A DNA stretch of 64,000 bases. Source: a virus (Duplodnaviria > Caudoviricetes). The notes below the pieces were generated by a model, which was not told the origin of the DNA, searched no databases, and was given only the letters and a program-made list of their open reading frames with translations. Positions 1 through 9,669 of the stretch are shown in pieces. Each line of letters opens with the position of its first letter. Position 1 is the stretch's first letter. Position numbers and translations under genes: made by a program. The DNA is taken from the IMG/VR virus record IMGVR_UViG_3300028364_000013. One strand, written 5' to 3'.

Positions 1-2
1 AC

Positions 3-2126
3 CCAAGTCTTCACGAAGGTGTAACTTATGAATTTGAAGGTGGATGGATTGAGCATGCTCGTTTTGGAAAACAGATGAACTCTAAAGCTGTATATGAAGT
101 TCCACCAAACACTAAAGAAGGCCTTAAGGCATATCTTGCGTCAAGTTTCTTTCCAGGAATTGGTCCAGTTATCGCAAATCGAATAATCAAGCATTTTAAA
201 AATGATGATGTCATAAGAGTGTTTAACGAAGACATCGAACTGCTTCTTGATGTTCCTGGAGTTTCTAAAAAGAAGTTAGAAGCAATCAAGGAGTCATGGG
301 AGGCAAACAACGAAATAAATGAAATAATGATGTTCCTTCAGCAATTTGGTATTACCACTGTATATGCTGCAAAGATTTATAAGCATTATGGAAAAGGTTG
401 TGTTGCTCAAATCAAAGAGAGACCTTATGAGATTGCAAGAGATATTAAAGGAATAGGATTCAAGTATGCAGATAAAATTGCTCTTGAAGTTGGTGTTGAG
501 CCTGATAGCGAAGAGAGAATAAAAGCCTGCATTATGCACATCCTTGAATCTGGTAGTCTTGATGGTCATTGCTATTTATTAAGAGAGCAAATTACTATTA
601 AGTCAACCGAATTACTTGGAGTTGACATTAGACCCCAAGTTGAGAACATCTTAAAGTATATGATTCAAGAAAAAGATATTTTAACAATATATCTTGATGA
701 TGAAGAAAACGAAACAAGGTACTATTCTAAAAAGCTTTATTATAATGAAAAAAAATGTGCCAACAGAATTGGAGAACTTTTATTAAATCACAAAAACATT
801 GAAATATCTGAAACAATAATTGAAACTGGCAAATTAAGTAATGAACAAAAAGAATCAGTTTTTGGAGTTATATCTAAAGGGGTTTCAATATTAACTGGAG
901 GCCCTGGTTGTGGAAAAACATATACAACAAAAACTATTGTTGAAGTATTGTTGAAATTAGGTAAAAACTTAGCGGTTTGTGCTCCTACAGGAAAAGCTGC
1001 ATTACGTAGCACATCAGTTATTGGATTTGAAGCTTCAACTATTCATAGACTTCTTGGTTGGGACCCAGAGAGTTTTGGATTTATGCATAATGAAAATAAT
1101 CCATTACCATTTGATTTTATAATAACAGAAGAAGCTTCGATGATTGATATAAATTTAATGTCATCATTTTTAAAAGCAATACCTGACGAATGTCAGATAT
1201 TATTTGTTGGAGACCACAATCAATTACCCCCTGTAAATGCTGGAGCACCATTTAGAGATATGATAGAAAGCGAAATTGTTCCAACATTTAAACTTACTGA
1301 AATTTTTAGACAAGCTAAAAACTCTGAAATCATAACTTCAGCACATGATATAAATAATGGAATAATGCCTGTAATCAAAAATCCTTTAATAAATCCAGAG
1401 ATTTGGAAAGATGGAACAGATTGTATGTTTATTGACTCTGGAGTTGGTGAATATGGAAGGCCGAATAGTGAATATCCAGAGCGGTCTTCTCTTAGATATG
1501 GTATGGATGTGGTGGATATGATTAAAAACATTTACACTAAAACTATAAAAAAGTACTATAACACAGATGATATTCAAATATTAATCCCAATGAAAGTATC
1601 TGATTTAGGAACTATTAAAATAAACTCAATTATTCAAGAAACAATAAATCCACTAAAAAGAGGAGATGAAGAAATAAAAATAGGTGATAAAAAATTTAGA
1701 AAAAACGATAAAGTAATCCATATACAGAATAATTATGACCTTGAGGTTTTTAATGGAGAAATAGGAAAGATAATATTAATTGATTCCATTTCTGGTTTTT
1801 GTGAAGTAGAATTTGATGGGGGTAAAATAATTAAATATAAAAAATCAAATATGATTGAACTTGAACTTTCGTTTGCCGTTTCAATACATAAATACCAAGG
1901 CAGTGAATGTTCTTGCATAATATTACCAATAATGCCAACATACAACAGAATGCTTGAGAGAACTTTAATCTATACTGGAATCACTCGTGCAAAAAAATTG
2001 TGTATTTTTATTGGCAAAAGAGAATCGTTGCAAAAAGCTGTTAATACAGTTAATTCATCTAAAAGACAAACTTCTCTTAAAGAACTTTTAATTGAGTCTG
2101 ATATGGTAAATTCACTTATCCCTTAA
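3..2126 (+). CDS. recD2: RecD2/TraA-like SF1 helicase (5' end outside window)
   Basis: HhH N-terminus (FPGIGPVIA), Walker A GGPGCGKT, TIHRLL, VGDHNQLPP, SIHKYQGSE, YTGITRAK. The frame is open from base 3 (PSLHEGVTYEFEGGWIEHARFGKQ), so the ATG at 75 is not the true start. Confidence 0.92.
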   Translation, partial: PSLHEGVTYEFEGGWIEHARFGKQMNSKAVYEVPPNTKEGLKAYLASSFFPGIGPVIANRIIKHFKNDDVIRVFNEDIELLLDVPGVSKKKLEAIKESWEANNEINEIMMFLQQFGITTVYAAKIYKHYGKGCVAQIKERPYEIARDIKGIGFKYADKIALEVGVEPDSEERIKACIMHILESGSLDGHCYLLREQITIKSTELLGVDIRPQVENILKYMIQEKDILTIYLDDEENETRYYSKKLYYNEKKCANRIGELLLNHKNIEISETIIETGKLSNEQKESVFGVISKGVSILTGGPGCGKTYTTKTIVEVLLKLGKNLAVCAPTGKAALRSTSVIGFEASTIHRLLGWDPESFGFMHNENNPLPFDFIITEEASMIDINLMSSFLKAIPDECQILFVGDHNQLPPVNAGAPFRDMIESEIVPTFKLTEIFRQAKNSEIITSAHDINNGIMPVIKNPLINPEIWKDGTDCMFIDSGVGEYGRPNSEYPERSSLRYGMDVVDMIKNIYTKTIKKYYNTDDIQILIPMKVSDLGTIKINSIIQETINPLKRGDEEIKIGDKKFRKNDKVIHIQNNYDLEVFNGEIGKIILIDSISGFCEVEFDGGKIIKYKKSNMIELELSFAVSIHKYQGSECSCIILPIMPTYNRMLERTLIYTGITRAKKLCIFIGKRESLQKAVNTVNSSKRQTSLKELLIESDMVNSLIP

Positions 2127-3092
2127 TGTTCTATATTTATAAAACTCTTGTGATTCTAATTGTTTAAAATTTAATAAATTTAAAACTATTTCAGGAGAAT
2201 TGTTATACAAATCCACAAAATAAATCTCTTTATCAATTTTCCATAAAATTATTAATCCAATATTATTTTCTTTACAATATTTTTCTTTTATTTTATCTCT
2301 TTTCTGTGTCTCTTTTAATTTTTCGATTCCACCGAAATATTCAACAGATTCAAAATGTTGATTTCCATGATATTCTATACACACATTTTGTTTTGGCAAA
2401 TAAAAATCAAATTTTAAATGCAAAATATATTTACAATCATTAAATTTTTTCTCACCTTCCAACTTTACCATGTTTTCTTTTAAAATTTTATAAATCATTT
2501 TTTCTCCATTTGAAAACTTGCACTTAGGACACCCATCGCCTCTTTTATGTGCGTTAGGGGTTTGCTTAAAATCACCATGATTTGAACATATGATAGATAC
2601 TTTTTTCATACAATTATCATAATTAACTTTTGAGTAATCATATTTATCTCCATGAACTAATTTAGAATCAGATATAAACTCTTTCAATGTCAATCTTGAT
2701 TTATTTGCATTTAATTTAATTCCACACTTTATACAACCATATTTTAAATGATTTTTAGGAGTTTGTTTAAACTCTCCATGTTCTGGACAAATAATTTTTA
2801 CTGCTTTTAAAGAATTGTTGTATTGAACTAGAGAGTAATCGTATTTATTTGTATGTATATTCCTCACCTTTTTAATAAATTCTTCAGTCGTTATATTTTT
2901 GTTAACACATTTTGGACACCCCTGTCCTCTAAAATGTTTTTCTGCAGATTGTTCAAAAATACCATGTTCTGAACAAATAATTTCAACCTTCAATTTACTC
3001 CCTAAATATTCAACAAGTGAATAATCATATTTGTATTCATGAATTTTATTTGACCTTTCTGTAAACTCTTCTGTTGTTAGTTTTACTGACAT
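2112..3092 (-). CDS. Free-standing homing endonuclease: Cys/His repeats (CxxHGxFxQ...GC.KC) plus C-terminal PD-(D/E)XK/Vsr-like nuclease
   Basis: Three YDYS.V.Y...IICxxHGxF repeats, then KFDFYLPKQNVCIEYHGNQH; overlaps the recD2 3' end convergently. Confidence 0.8.
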   Translation of the reverse strand: MSVKLTTEEFTERSNKIHEYKYDYSLVEYLGSKLKVEIICSEHGIFEQSAEKHFRGQGCPKCVNKNITTEEFIKKVRNIHTNKYDYSLVQYNNSLKAVKIICPEHGEFKQTPKNHLKYGCIKCGIKLNANKSRLTLKEFISDSKLVHGDKYDYSKVNYDNCMKKVSIICSNHGDFKQTPNAHKRGDGCPKCKFSNGEKMIYKILKENMVKLEGEKKFNDCKYILHLKFDFYLPKQNVCIEYHGNQHFESVEYFGGIEKLKETQKRDKIKEKYCKENNIGLIILWKIDKEIYFVDLYNNSPEIVLNLLNFKQLESQEFYKYRTLRDK

Positions 3093-3093
3093 C

Positions 3094-3246
3094 TTAAACT
3101 CCTTTTTCTAAAGACTCTCTAATAACCTCTGATACTTTAACTATTCTCTTTTCTTCATTACTACGCTTAATAGCCTTTTCTACGTATTTCTGGTATAACT
3201 CATAACTCAGTCTAACGCTCAAGTGTTTATCAATTGTTTTTTTCAT
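3094..3246 (-). CDS. Ribbon-helix-helix (CopG/Arc-like) protein, 50 aa, absent from ORF track
   Basis: Manual translation MKKTIDKHLSVRLSYELYQKYVEKAIKRSNEEKRIVKVSEVIRESLEKGV; stop 1 nt before the HEG ATG; TATTTATA motif upstream (3274-3281). Confidence 0.65.
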   Translation of the reverse strand: MKKTIDKHLSVRLSYELYQKYVEKAIKRSNEEKRIVKVSEVIRESLEKGV

Positions 3247-3303
3247 TGTAATATTGTATATTTGTGTTACAATTATAAATAGTAATAAAAATAAAAATCA
3301 TAT

Positions 3304-3492
3304 ATGAATAGAAAACCACTTGGATATTGGACAAAAGAATTATATCATGAAACAGCTCTAAAGTGTGATTCAAGAAGTGAGTTTCAAAAAAAATATAGTG
3401 GAGCTTATCAAGCTGCTTATAGCAATGGTTGGCTCGATGAAATTTGTCCCCATATGAGACGATACAAACCTGCGTTATCATTCCAATCATGA
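3304..3492 (+). pseudogene. Remnant of HEG-associated DNA-binding repeat
   Basis: KPLGYWTKE...SRSEFQKKYSGAYQAAYSNGWLDEICPHM, a repeat typical of phage endonucleases; no nuclease domain; runs into the recD2 remnant. Confidence 0.5.
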
Positions 3493-3704
3493 CTCAATAC
3501 TCAAGAATGCTTTATAGAAATTTATTGTACACAGGACTTACAAGAGCAAAGAAGTTGGCTGTATTTGTTGGACAACGTAAGGCGTTTAATATGGCGATTG
3601 ATAATGTTGACCCAAGAGCAAGACAAACCTCCTTAAAAGAGCTGTTAATTGAGACTGGGATTATAAAAAAAGGAGTTAATCTTTTACGACAACTCCTTCT
3701 TTAA
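3471..3704 (+). pseudogene. recD2: Orphan displaced C-terminus of recD2
   Basis: CVIIPIMTQYSRMLYRNLLYTGLTRAKKLAVFVGQRKAF...RQTSLKELLIE aligns with the intact gene end CIILPIMPTYNRMLERTLIYTGITRAKKLCIFIGKRESL...RQTSLKELLIE. Confidence 0.85.
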
Positions 3705-4056
3705 TATCTTTAATGTACTGTTCCTTTGTGCCTTCAAGTTCATTATATTCCTCTTCTGATACAAAATCGCAATCTACAAATTCAAGCTCAATCTTTTTTA
3801 ATATCGCCTGCCTGGCTTTCATCTTAGCGAAAAAAGCTGCCCTGGCTGGTATAAACATCTCATACTCTTTATGACTCTCTTGTGGGTTTAAAGGGTCGTT
3901 AACCTTTATAGTAAACTTTACAAAGTACATCCTGTTCTTTAAAGCTCTCTCTTTACGAACTTTCTTTTTCTTATATGTACCAAGCTTCCACTTCCTAAAG
4001 AGGTCGAAGAATTTTAAAATAAACTTAGGTAAATTTGAAGGTTCGTTTTTTGTCAT
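3676..4056 (-). CDS. Hypothetical protein
   Basis: 126-aa ORF in the minus-strand gene run. Confidence 0.6.
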   Translation of the reverse strand: MTKNEPSNLPKFILKFFDLFRKWKLGTYKKKKVRKERALKNRMYFVKFTIKVNDPLNPQESHKEYEMFIPARAAFFAKMKARQAILKKIELEFVDCDFVSEEEYNELEGTKEQYIKDIKEGVVVKD

Positions 4057-4059
4057 TTG

Positions 4060-4458
4060 TTATTTTGCTAAAAAACCTTCAAAATTAGATTTTATATTAT
4101 TTAATTGAGCACTGTCTTTTATGTAATCAAGAACCTCACCGTCTTCAATGTTGTATGGTATTGCAAACAAGTCAAAAACTCCATCTTCAAATGAAAATAT
4201 TGCAACATAATCATTATTAATGTCTCCACCTTTAGGGAAATCAAGAGATAAATACACTCTTTTAGCGCCATTGTTTTTGTATTCTGCAAACCTCCTATAA
4301 CAAGAAGCAACATCACCACCTAATGCTAATGCGTTTATTTCAAACTTATTATCTTTTGTTTCTACAAAAAGTTGAAATGGGTAATGACCATAACAATTGC
4401 TATTTTCAATGAAATCTATTTTCACCATTGATTCTACAAATTCTTCTACTGTATTCAT
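4060..4458 (-). CDS. Hypothetical protein
   Basis: 132-aa ORF, tight packing. Confidence 0.65.
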   Translation of the reverse strand: MNTVEEFVESMVKIDFIENSNCYGHYPFQLFVETKDNKFEINALALGGDVASCYRRFAEYKNNGAKRVYLSLDFPKGGDINNDYVAIFSFEDGVFDLFAIPYNIEDGEVLDYIKDSAQLNNIKSNFEGFLAK

Positions 4459-4475
4459 TTTTATAAATTTAATTT

Positions 4476-4766
4476 TTAAACAAAATTTGCTCCTCCTTTA
4501 TAGAAAATATAATGAGATTTACAAGGTAATTGATAATTCCCAACACTTGGTTGCATACTTATATTATCATTTGAATCTAATTGGTAACTCCACTCTCCTT
4601 TTCCCAATGGCATAACCGTCTTACTACCGCATCCACACATACATTTATGAATAGATACGCTGTAAATGTCAGAAATGTAAATTACATTATCTTCAAATTC
4701 ATTAAAATCAGGCATGGTTTCCACTTTTTTATATGTTACCTCTATCCTGTTTTTAGTTTTTTTCAT
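4476..4766 (-). CDS. DUF6527-like Cys/His protein
   Basis: HKCMCGCGSKTVMPL, SMQPSVGNYQLPCKSHY motifs. Confidence 0.6.
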   Translation of the reverse strand: MKKTKNRIEVTYKKVETMPDFNEFEDNVIYISDIYSVSIHKCMCGCGSKTVMPLGKGEWSYQLDSNDNISMQPSVGNYQLPCKSHYIFYKGGANFV

Positions 4767-5035
4767 TTATTCTTTATAAATTCAATTAAAGCTTTTTTGC
4801 TTAGTATGATTGTATCTTCAAGTGATGCTGCTAAAAGATTGTCGGGAGTATTTTCTTGCAAATATCCAAGGCCAGTTACAAGCCACATGGCTCCATCATC
4901 AACTTTTACTTCCGCAGCGTTTCCACCTTGTGTTTTTTTTAATGTTCCAATAAGCTTGTGTACGTTTTCGTCTAAGACCAAATTGTCATATTGCAAGCCT
5001 TCAAGTTCTTTGTCTTTCATAATTTCTCTTTGCAA
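4763..5035 (-). CDS. Hypothetical protein
   Basis: 90-aa ORF downstream of an ECF-type promoter (5078-5105). Confidence 0.6.
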   Translation of the reverse strand: MQREIMKDKELEGLQYDNLVLDENVHKLIGTLKKTQGGNAAEVKVDDGAMWLVTGLGYLQENTPDNLLAASLEDTIILSKKALIEFIKNK

Positions 5036-5103
5036 AAAAATACAAAGAAAAATTATGAAAGTAAAGAACTTATCCCATTATACGAAAAAAAAATAAAAAT
5101 GTT

Positions 5104-5673
5104 TTATTCTACTCCTAAATCATTTCTCTCTCTATCGAAAAAGTAGTCTCTCGCAACCTGTGAGATGTATTTATTAATCTCCTTTGGCTCAAGTCCAGCG
5201 TCAGCAATAACATCAAGCTCTTCCTTCATAACGTCATTAATTACCATTCTAAGGTAATCACCAAGCTTCGCTCTGTCAACATGCCCTCCGTTGATTAAAT
5301 CAAATGTTTCTGAAAGCATTTGTTCTAAACGCCAATTTGGAGTAACCTTATTTACAGTCTCATGAATTTTATTAAGCTTCTCATTATCAACAACCTTAAG
5401 TGTTTTTACTTTTGACGCACCAGCATGCTTTTCACCTTTGGATTTAAAAATATGTCTTGACCCATCTTCCATTAGACAGGAAAAGACAATCCCTTCACCA
5501 ATCCCTATTTCTTCAAATTCTTTTGCAACAGGACATTCATTTTCAACTTCAAGAGTCATATTAATTATATCATTCTGCACAATATCTGGTCTATTGAAGT
5601 CAATATCCACTTCGTAGGTCTTGAAGTCTTCAATATTATAAATTTTATTTTCTGGTGAACTTAAATTTTTCAT
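5104..5673 (-). CDS. RNA ligase (Rnl2-like), C-terminal part of split gene
   Basis: Nucleotidyltransferase motif IV GEGIVF and motif V FKSKGEKH; continues the 6629-7246 fragment. Confidence 0.75.
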   Translation of the reverse strand: MKNLSSPENKIYNIEDFKTYEVDIDFNRPDIVQNDIINMTLEVENECPVAKEFEEIGIGEGIVFSCLMEDGSRHIFKSKGEKHAGASKVKTLKVVDNEKLNKIHETVNKVTPNWRLEQMLSETFDLINGGHVDRAKLGDYLRMVINDVMKEELDVIADAGLEPKEINKYISQVARDYFFDRERNDLGVE

Positions 5674-5680
5674 GTTTATT

Positions 5681-6577
5681 TTATTTTGTTTTTTTACAAT
5701 ACCAGCCAGTATATTTTAACAAGCCTTTTTTTTCTAACCTTTTTTTGTTTGACCCTAAATTATTATAAATAGGCTCTCCTTTTTCTCTATATGACTTCTT
5801 AAACGCTCCATATGGTAAGTTATTTTTTTTGCAAAATTCTGTAAAATTTTCATTTAAAATGTGATACTTTTTCACATGATTATTATCATATATAAAATAC
5901 TCACTTTTATTAAAATTAACCCCCTTTGTATATCCAACTAACTCTCCAGAAACATATCTTTTATCATCTACTCTAACTTTTAAAACATTACCATTTTTAT
6001 CTCTCACTGTAGCAATTCCAACATTAACTGACATTAGATTGTCGTCATTTGCATATTCTTCTTTACTAACTCTTTTTTTCTCTCCAGTTACATTGTCAAT
6101 AACACTAACTAATCCATTTTTTTCAAAAGTCCTTGTTAGTTGTCCATTTTTAATTCTTTCATCATCATTATTGACTTGAAATGTATTTCCATCTTTATCA
6201 AAAACAGCTATTTTATTTTTTGCAACTCCAAATAAAGAATCATCTTTATCAAAATCTTCTTTTTTTATTTGCCTTCCATTTAAAGAAACATAACCTTTTC
6301 TAAAACCTCCATGACCACCTAACTTTAAATTATAAGTATCATCTCTTTTTATAAAATCTTCATTAACAATTTTTGATTCCATCAATTTCATTTCATCTTC
6401 ACTTTCACAAAAATGTAAAATCCTTTTTTCAAAATTATCAATACCATATTTATTAATAACACGTTTTATATAAAGTCCAGACCCCATATAACCATCATCA
6501 ATATTTATTGTCTTGTGATACCCAACATAAACCATGTTGTTAATCTTATTTTTTATTTCATAAATTGTGTAAAACAT
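5681..6577 (-). CDS. GIY-YIG homing endonuclease
   Basis: [31 protein letters not shown]; own TATTTATA motif (6589-6596). Confidence 0.85.
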   Translation of the reverse strand: MFYTIYEIKNKINNMVYVGYHKTINIDDGYMGSGLYIKRVINKYGIDNFEKRILHFCESEDEMKLMESKIVNEDFIKRDDTYNLKLGGHGGFRKGYVSLNGRQIKKEDFDKDDSLFGVAKNKIAVFDKDGNTFQVNNDDERIKNGQLTRTFEKNGLVSVIDNVTGEKKRVSKEEYANDDNLMSVNVGIATVRDKNGNVLKVRVDDKRYVSGELVGYTKGVNFNKSEYFIYDNNHVKKYHILNENFTEFCKKNNLPYGAFKKSYREKGEPIYNNLGSNKKRLEKKGLLKYTGWYCKKTK

Positions 6578-6628
6578 ATTCTTTTTATTATAAATATCAA
6601 TAAAAAACAGAATACTTACACCAGGCCA

Positions 6629-7246
6629 TTAATTAATTTTTGTCACTACCCAATATGAAGATACTTCCTCATTAAATGGATATACTTTAGCATGGCTAAA
6701 TATAAAAGAGCTTTTCTCTAAATTAGAAATTCCAACATTTTTTTGAATTCCCTTTCCAACCCATTCCATGCATAGCATTATTGTATTTTCTTTTAAATCA
6801 ATATCATTATGTATAGCAAGAGATTTAATCAAATCTATAAAAACTTCTTTTTTTGATTCTGCGAACCAAGCAAAACCTGCATTGTCATTTGTTTCTAATT
6901 TTTTAATTCCCAATATATTTTTTGAAAATTTAGTTTTTTCTCCCTCGTCTTCAACTGTAATATTTGTTTTATCATCAAAAGAAATTTTATATAAAACCTC
7001 TGGAACTGGTGTAATTATTTCATTTTTAGATTGATACCATACCCCTGAAATATCATTATAACAAACTGCTGCAAATGTACCATGTAATTTTATGGTTCCT
7101 TTAAATTTAAGATTAGGTTTTTTAATAGAAGGGTCATATATTGCCTTTCCATTATCATCAAGCCCAGTAAATCCTGCTCTATCGCAAACGCTTTTTACAA
7201 CATTTCTATATTGACCTATTGATGCTGCTGATATAAATTTTTTCAT
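6629..7246 (-). CDS. RNA ligase (Rnl2-like), N-terminal part of split gene
   Basis: Motif I-like KLHGT, QSK, DNAGFA, motif III EWVGKGIQK. Confidence 0.75.
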   Translation of the reverse strand: MKKFISAASIGQYRNVVKSVCDRAGFTGLDDNGKAIYDPSIKKPNLKFKGTIKLHGTFAAVCYNDISGVWYQSKNEIITPVPEVLYKISFDDKTNITVEDEGEKTKFSKNILGIKKLETNDNAGFAWFAESKKEVFIDLIKSLAIHNDIDLKENTIMLCMEWVGKGIQKNVGISNLEKSSFIFSHAKVYPFNEEVSSYWVVTKIN

Positions 7247-7806
7247 AATTTTATTCTTTTATTTGTTGAAAGCCAAAGCTTTGGCTCTGTGTTTCTAATT
7301 AATTCATTTAATTCTTCAACCTTGTTTGCAATATCTGGATGGAAGTCTGAAAGAGACTGGTCTTCAGTGCAATACTCTTCATTAAGCTCGTCAATGTTTA
7401 TTTCAGATATGTGAACTTGCTTTTCGCAATGCATAAGCTCTAATTTTTTGATGTCCACTTCATTTTCTTCACAATATTCAACAACATCTTCCATGTCTGA
7501 GAAGAATTTATCATCATGTCTCAAGCACATCATTGACTCTCCATCCCATTCAACTTCTTCTAATTTTAGAAAATTTTCATGAGAAGACTTGGATACGCAG
7601 AAGTCACATTTAGTGCGAGTCTTTTTTATAACAGCTCCACAATCACATTTTGTATGAGTGCTATTTGCATACCTTGCTCTTCTTTCTCCTGCTTCACCTT
7701 TTCCATGATAAAGCCCGTCTGGACCAGTCCAACCTTCAAGGTTTGTTCTGTACTCTACCAAATTAGGGTCGTCATACATTCTTATTTCATCTTTTACTTC
7801 ATCCAT
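7243..7806 (-). CDS. Conserved-looking phage hypothetical protein with Cys cluster
   Basis: 187-aa ORF, THTKCDCG...CDFC. Confidence 0.6.
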   Translation of the reverse strand: MDEVKDEIRMYDDPNLVEYRTNLEGWTGPDGLYHGKGEAGERRARYANSTHTKCDCGAVIKKTRTKCDFCVSKSSHENFLKLEEVEWDGESMMCLRHDDKFFSDMEDVVEYCEENEVDIKKLELMHCEKQVHISEINIDELNEEYCTEDQSLSDFHPDIANKVEELNELIRNTEPKLWLSTNKRIKL

Positions 7807-8477
7807 GGCTTCTTAATTTCGTATTCTCTTCTAATTACTAAAAGCGTATCAAGACAATCTTGAACTGCTTTGTGCGTCACAATCTTTGGAACTCCTGCTC
7901 TCTGAAGACAATCTCCAAGCCCTGGAGGGGTGTCATCATTATACCAATCAACATACATACTTGTAGGGTCGATTGTTCTGTGGCGCAAGTTTATATACTG
8001 ACTCCACTTGGGAATAATGTCAATAAACTTTCTATCGAAAGCATCAAAATTCTTTCCAGCTGGAGTAATCACAAATGGAGCCTGACTATATTTGTTTGCT
8101 TCAGATATAGCTTTTTCAAAATCACTCCCTTCAATTTTACCAAAGTGAGGATATAGGAAATCAAAGAAATCTTTAGCTAAATCCTTCAGAGAGATGATTC
8201 CATGATGCTTGTCATACGCATCTTGTTCTTCACCTCTTCTGTATGTTTCACGCTTAGCAAGAATTTCAAATATCCTCGCATTCATGTTGATGGCAAATGC
8301 TCCTCCAGTGTATTGCTCGTGTCTGATGATTCTATTATACTGAGGAAGGTCTTCCATCGCCAATATATTGTTTGTATCTTCAATTACAGCTCCGAACTCA
8401 ATTATTTGAAGCTCTTCTACAGTTCCGTTTTTTCCTGGGACTCCAGTTGTTTCTATGTCTATCACAGTATAAATCAT
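7794..8477 (-). CDS. DEDD 3'-5' exonuclease (DnaQ-like)
   Basis: VIDIETTG, AGKNFDAFD, HKAVQD. Confidence 0.8.
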   Translation of the reverse strand: MIYTVIDIETTGVPGKNGTVEELQIIEFGAVIEDTNNILAMEDLPQYNRIIRHEQYTGGAFAINMNARIFEILAKRETYRRGEEQDAYDKHHGIISLKDLAKDFFDFLYPHFGKIEGSDFEKAISEANKYSQAPFVITPAGKNFDAFDRKFIDIIPKWSQYINLRHRTIDPTSMYVDWYNDDTPPGLGDCLQRAGVPKIVTHKAVQDCLDTLLVIRREYEIKKPWMK

Positions 8478-8482
8478 GATTT

Positions 8483-9223
8483 CTAATTTTTAATTATTTT
8501 ATATTGTCTCTTATGTATTTCTACTTTATCAAGCACAAATTTAGTACTAATTGCTTGAACAAACAAATTAAAAGCATCATCTTTATCAATAACAATAATT
8601 TCAACTGGTTTAACATTACCATCAACCCATTGAATCTTTTTCCATTGCTCATTAGAATAAGTCCCATCAGTTTTGGGCATCTCACCTTTACACACTTTCA
8701 AAGTGAAGTCACTCTTAATTTCAATAAATCTATCTCCAAAGTCAAAATCTGGAATGTATTGTCCATGAGGTGTTTTAAATTTTTTTCTATTTGGTTTTGG
8801 CAAATCAACTCCGTCATTAATTAACCTCTGAAGATATGCTACCTCATAAGAACCAAGAACCTTTCCAGCTTTTGTATTAAAAGTTCTTGACTTACCTATA
8901 ACTGGAAGTCTATCTTCTTTGTCCCAAGCTTCAATTCCACTTTTAGAAATCTGTTCTTTCGACTTTTTAGAATGTTTCCTTCCAGTAAATCCTTTAGTTG
9001 GACCATATACTTCTCTGTTTTTTTTGCAAAGGTCACTCTTGCTAATTTTTGGAACTTTCCATTTATCAAGCCAATATGTTATTGAAAAATCACTTCTATC
9101 AAACAGATTTCCTATATATTTTGCCCCCCTATGCTCTTTTGAATAAAGTTGTATGATTTCTTTTTTTTCTTCTGTAGAAGGCTCTCCCTTTCTTTTATAG
9201 TAAACTCTCTTTCTAACTTGCAG
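8483..9223 (-). CDS. HEG-like protein: HTH + NUMOD3-like + PD-(D/E)XK; no ATG/GTG/TTG start upstream of 8803
   Basis: Frame is open far upstream of the called ORF: PSTEEKKEIIQLY...FTGRKHSKKSKEQIS...GSYEVAYL...YIPDFDFGDRFIEIKS. Confidence 0.65.
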   Translation of the reverse strand: MQVRKRVYYKRKGEPSTEEKKEIIQLYSKEHRGAKYIGNLFDRSDFSITYWLDKWKVPKISKSDLCKKNREVYGPTKGFTGRKHSKKSKEQISKSGIEAWDKEDRLPVIGKSRTFNTKAGKVLGSYEVAYLQRLINDGVDLPKPNRKKFKTPHGQYIPDFDFGDRFIEIKSDFTLKVCKGEMPKTDGTYSNEQWKKIQWVDGNVKPVEIIVIDKDDAFNLFVQAISTKFVLDKVEIHKRQYKIIKN

Positions 9224-9295
9224 CCACTTTGGGCAACCACAAGAAAGATAGATGGAGTTATTTATGAAGGGAACATTAATAAAGGAGAAGATTAA
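9200..9295 (+). pseudogene. C-terminal remnant of an HNH-type endonuclease
   Basis: Manual translation VNSLSNLQPLWATTRKIDGVIYEGNINKGED*, resembling the NLQPLW...N..K end of phage HNH proteins. Confidence 0.5.
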
Positions 9296-9669
9296 TCTAA
9301 AATTATAATAGAATCTATTTGTTTTCTGGTCATATTGACTCTTGAAACTTGAATTAAAACCTCATCTCCAAGCCTATAGCTATCTCCATTATTAAAATCG
9401 TTTATACAATAGTTTTCTTCATCAACAAATAGATTATTGGATTTTAGCCAATCTTCTGAAACCATTGTATCACATCCATTTTCTATTATTTCTATAAAAA
9501 CACCAAACGAATTTACACTGGAAATAATTCCTTTAAATTTCTCTCCAATTTTACTCTTCAGAAACTCGCACTGCTTGTACTTAATGGATTCTCTCTGTGC
9601 TTTAGCAGCTTTTTGTTCTTGTTCACTTAGATGTTCGCACATTTGTGATAATTGTGATTTATTATACAT
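9292..9669 (-). CDS. rnr: RNase R C-terminal part (end of RNB domain + S1 domain)
   Basis: CEHLSEQEQKAAKAQRESIKYKQCEFLKSKIGEKFKGIISSVNSFGVFIE; ATG overlaps the integrase stop (TAATG). Confidence 0.85.
   Translation of the reverse strand: MYNKSQLSQMCEHLSEQEQKAAKAQRESIKYKQCEFLKSKIGEKFKGIISSVNSFGVFIEIIENGCDTMVSEDWLKSNNLFVDEENYCINDFNNGDSYRLGDEVLIQVSRVNMTRKQIDSIIILD

Noticed and set aside
3274-3281. T4-type late promoter TATAAATA for the plus-strand ORF at 3304
   Set aside because: At all other sites the gene-facing orientation is TATTTATA; here it fits the minus-strand RHH-HEG operon.
4581-5096. 171-aa plus-strand ORF and similar overlapping ORFs (26-310, 17268-17618, 18944-19357, 42720-43151 etc.)
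   Set aside because: Antisense shadows of well-supported genes with no recognisable motifs.
5673-6629. Group I intron around the GIY-YIG gene
   Set aside because: Only about 50 nt and 7 nt of non-coding flank; no room for the catalytic core.
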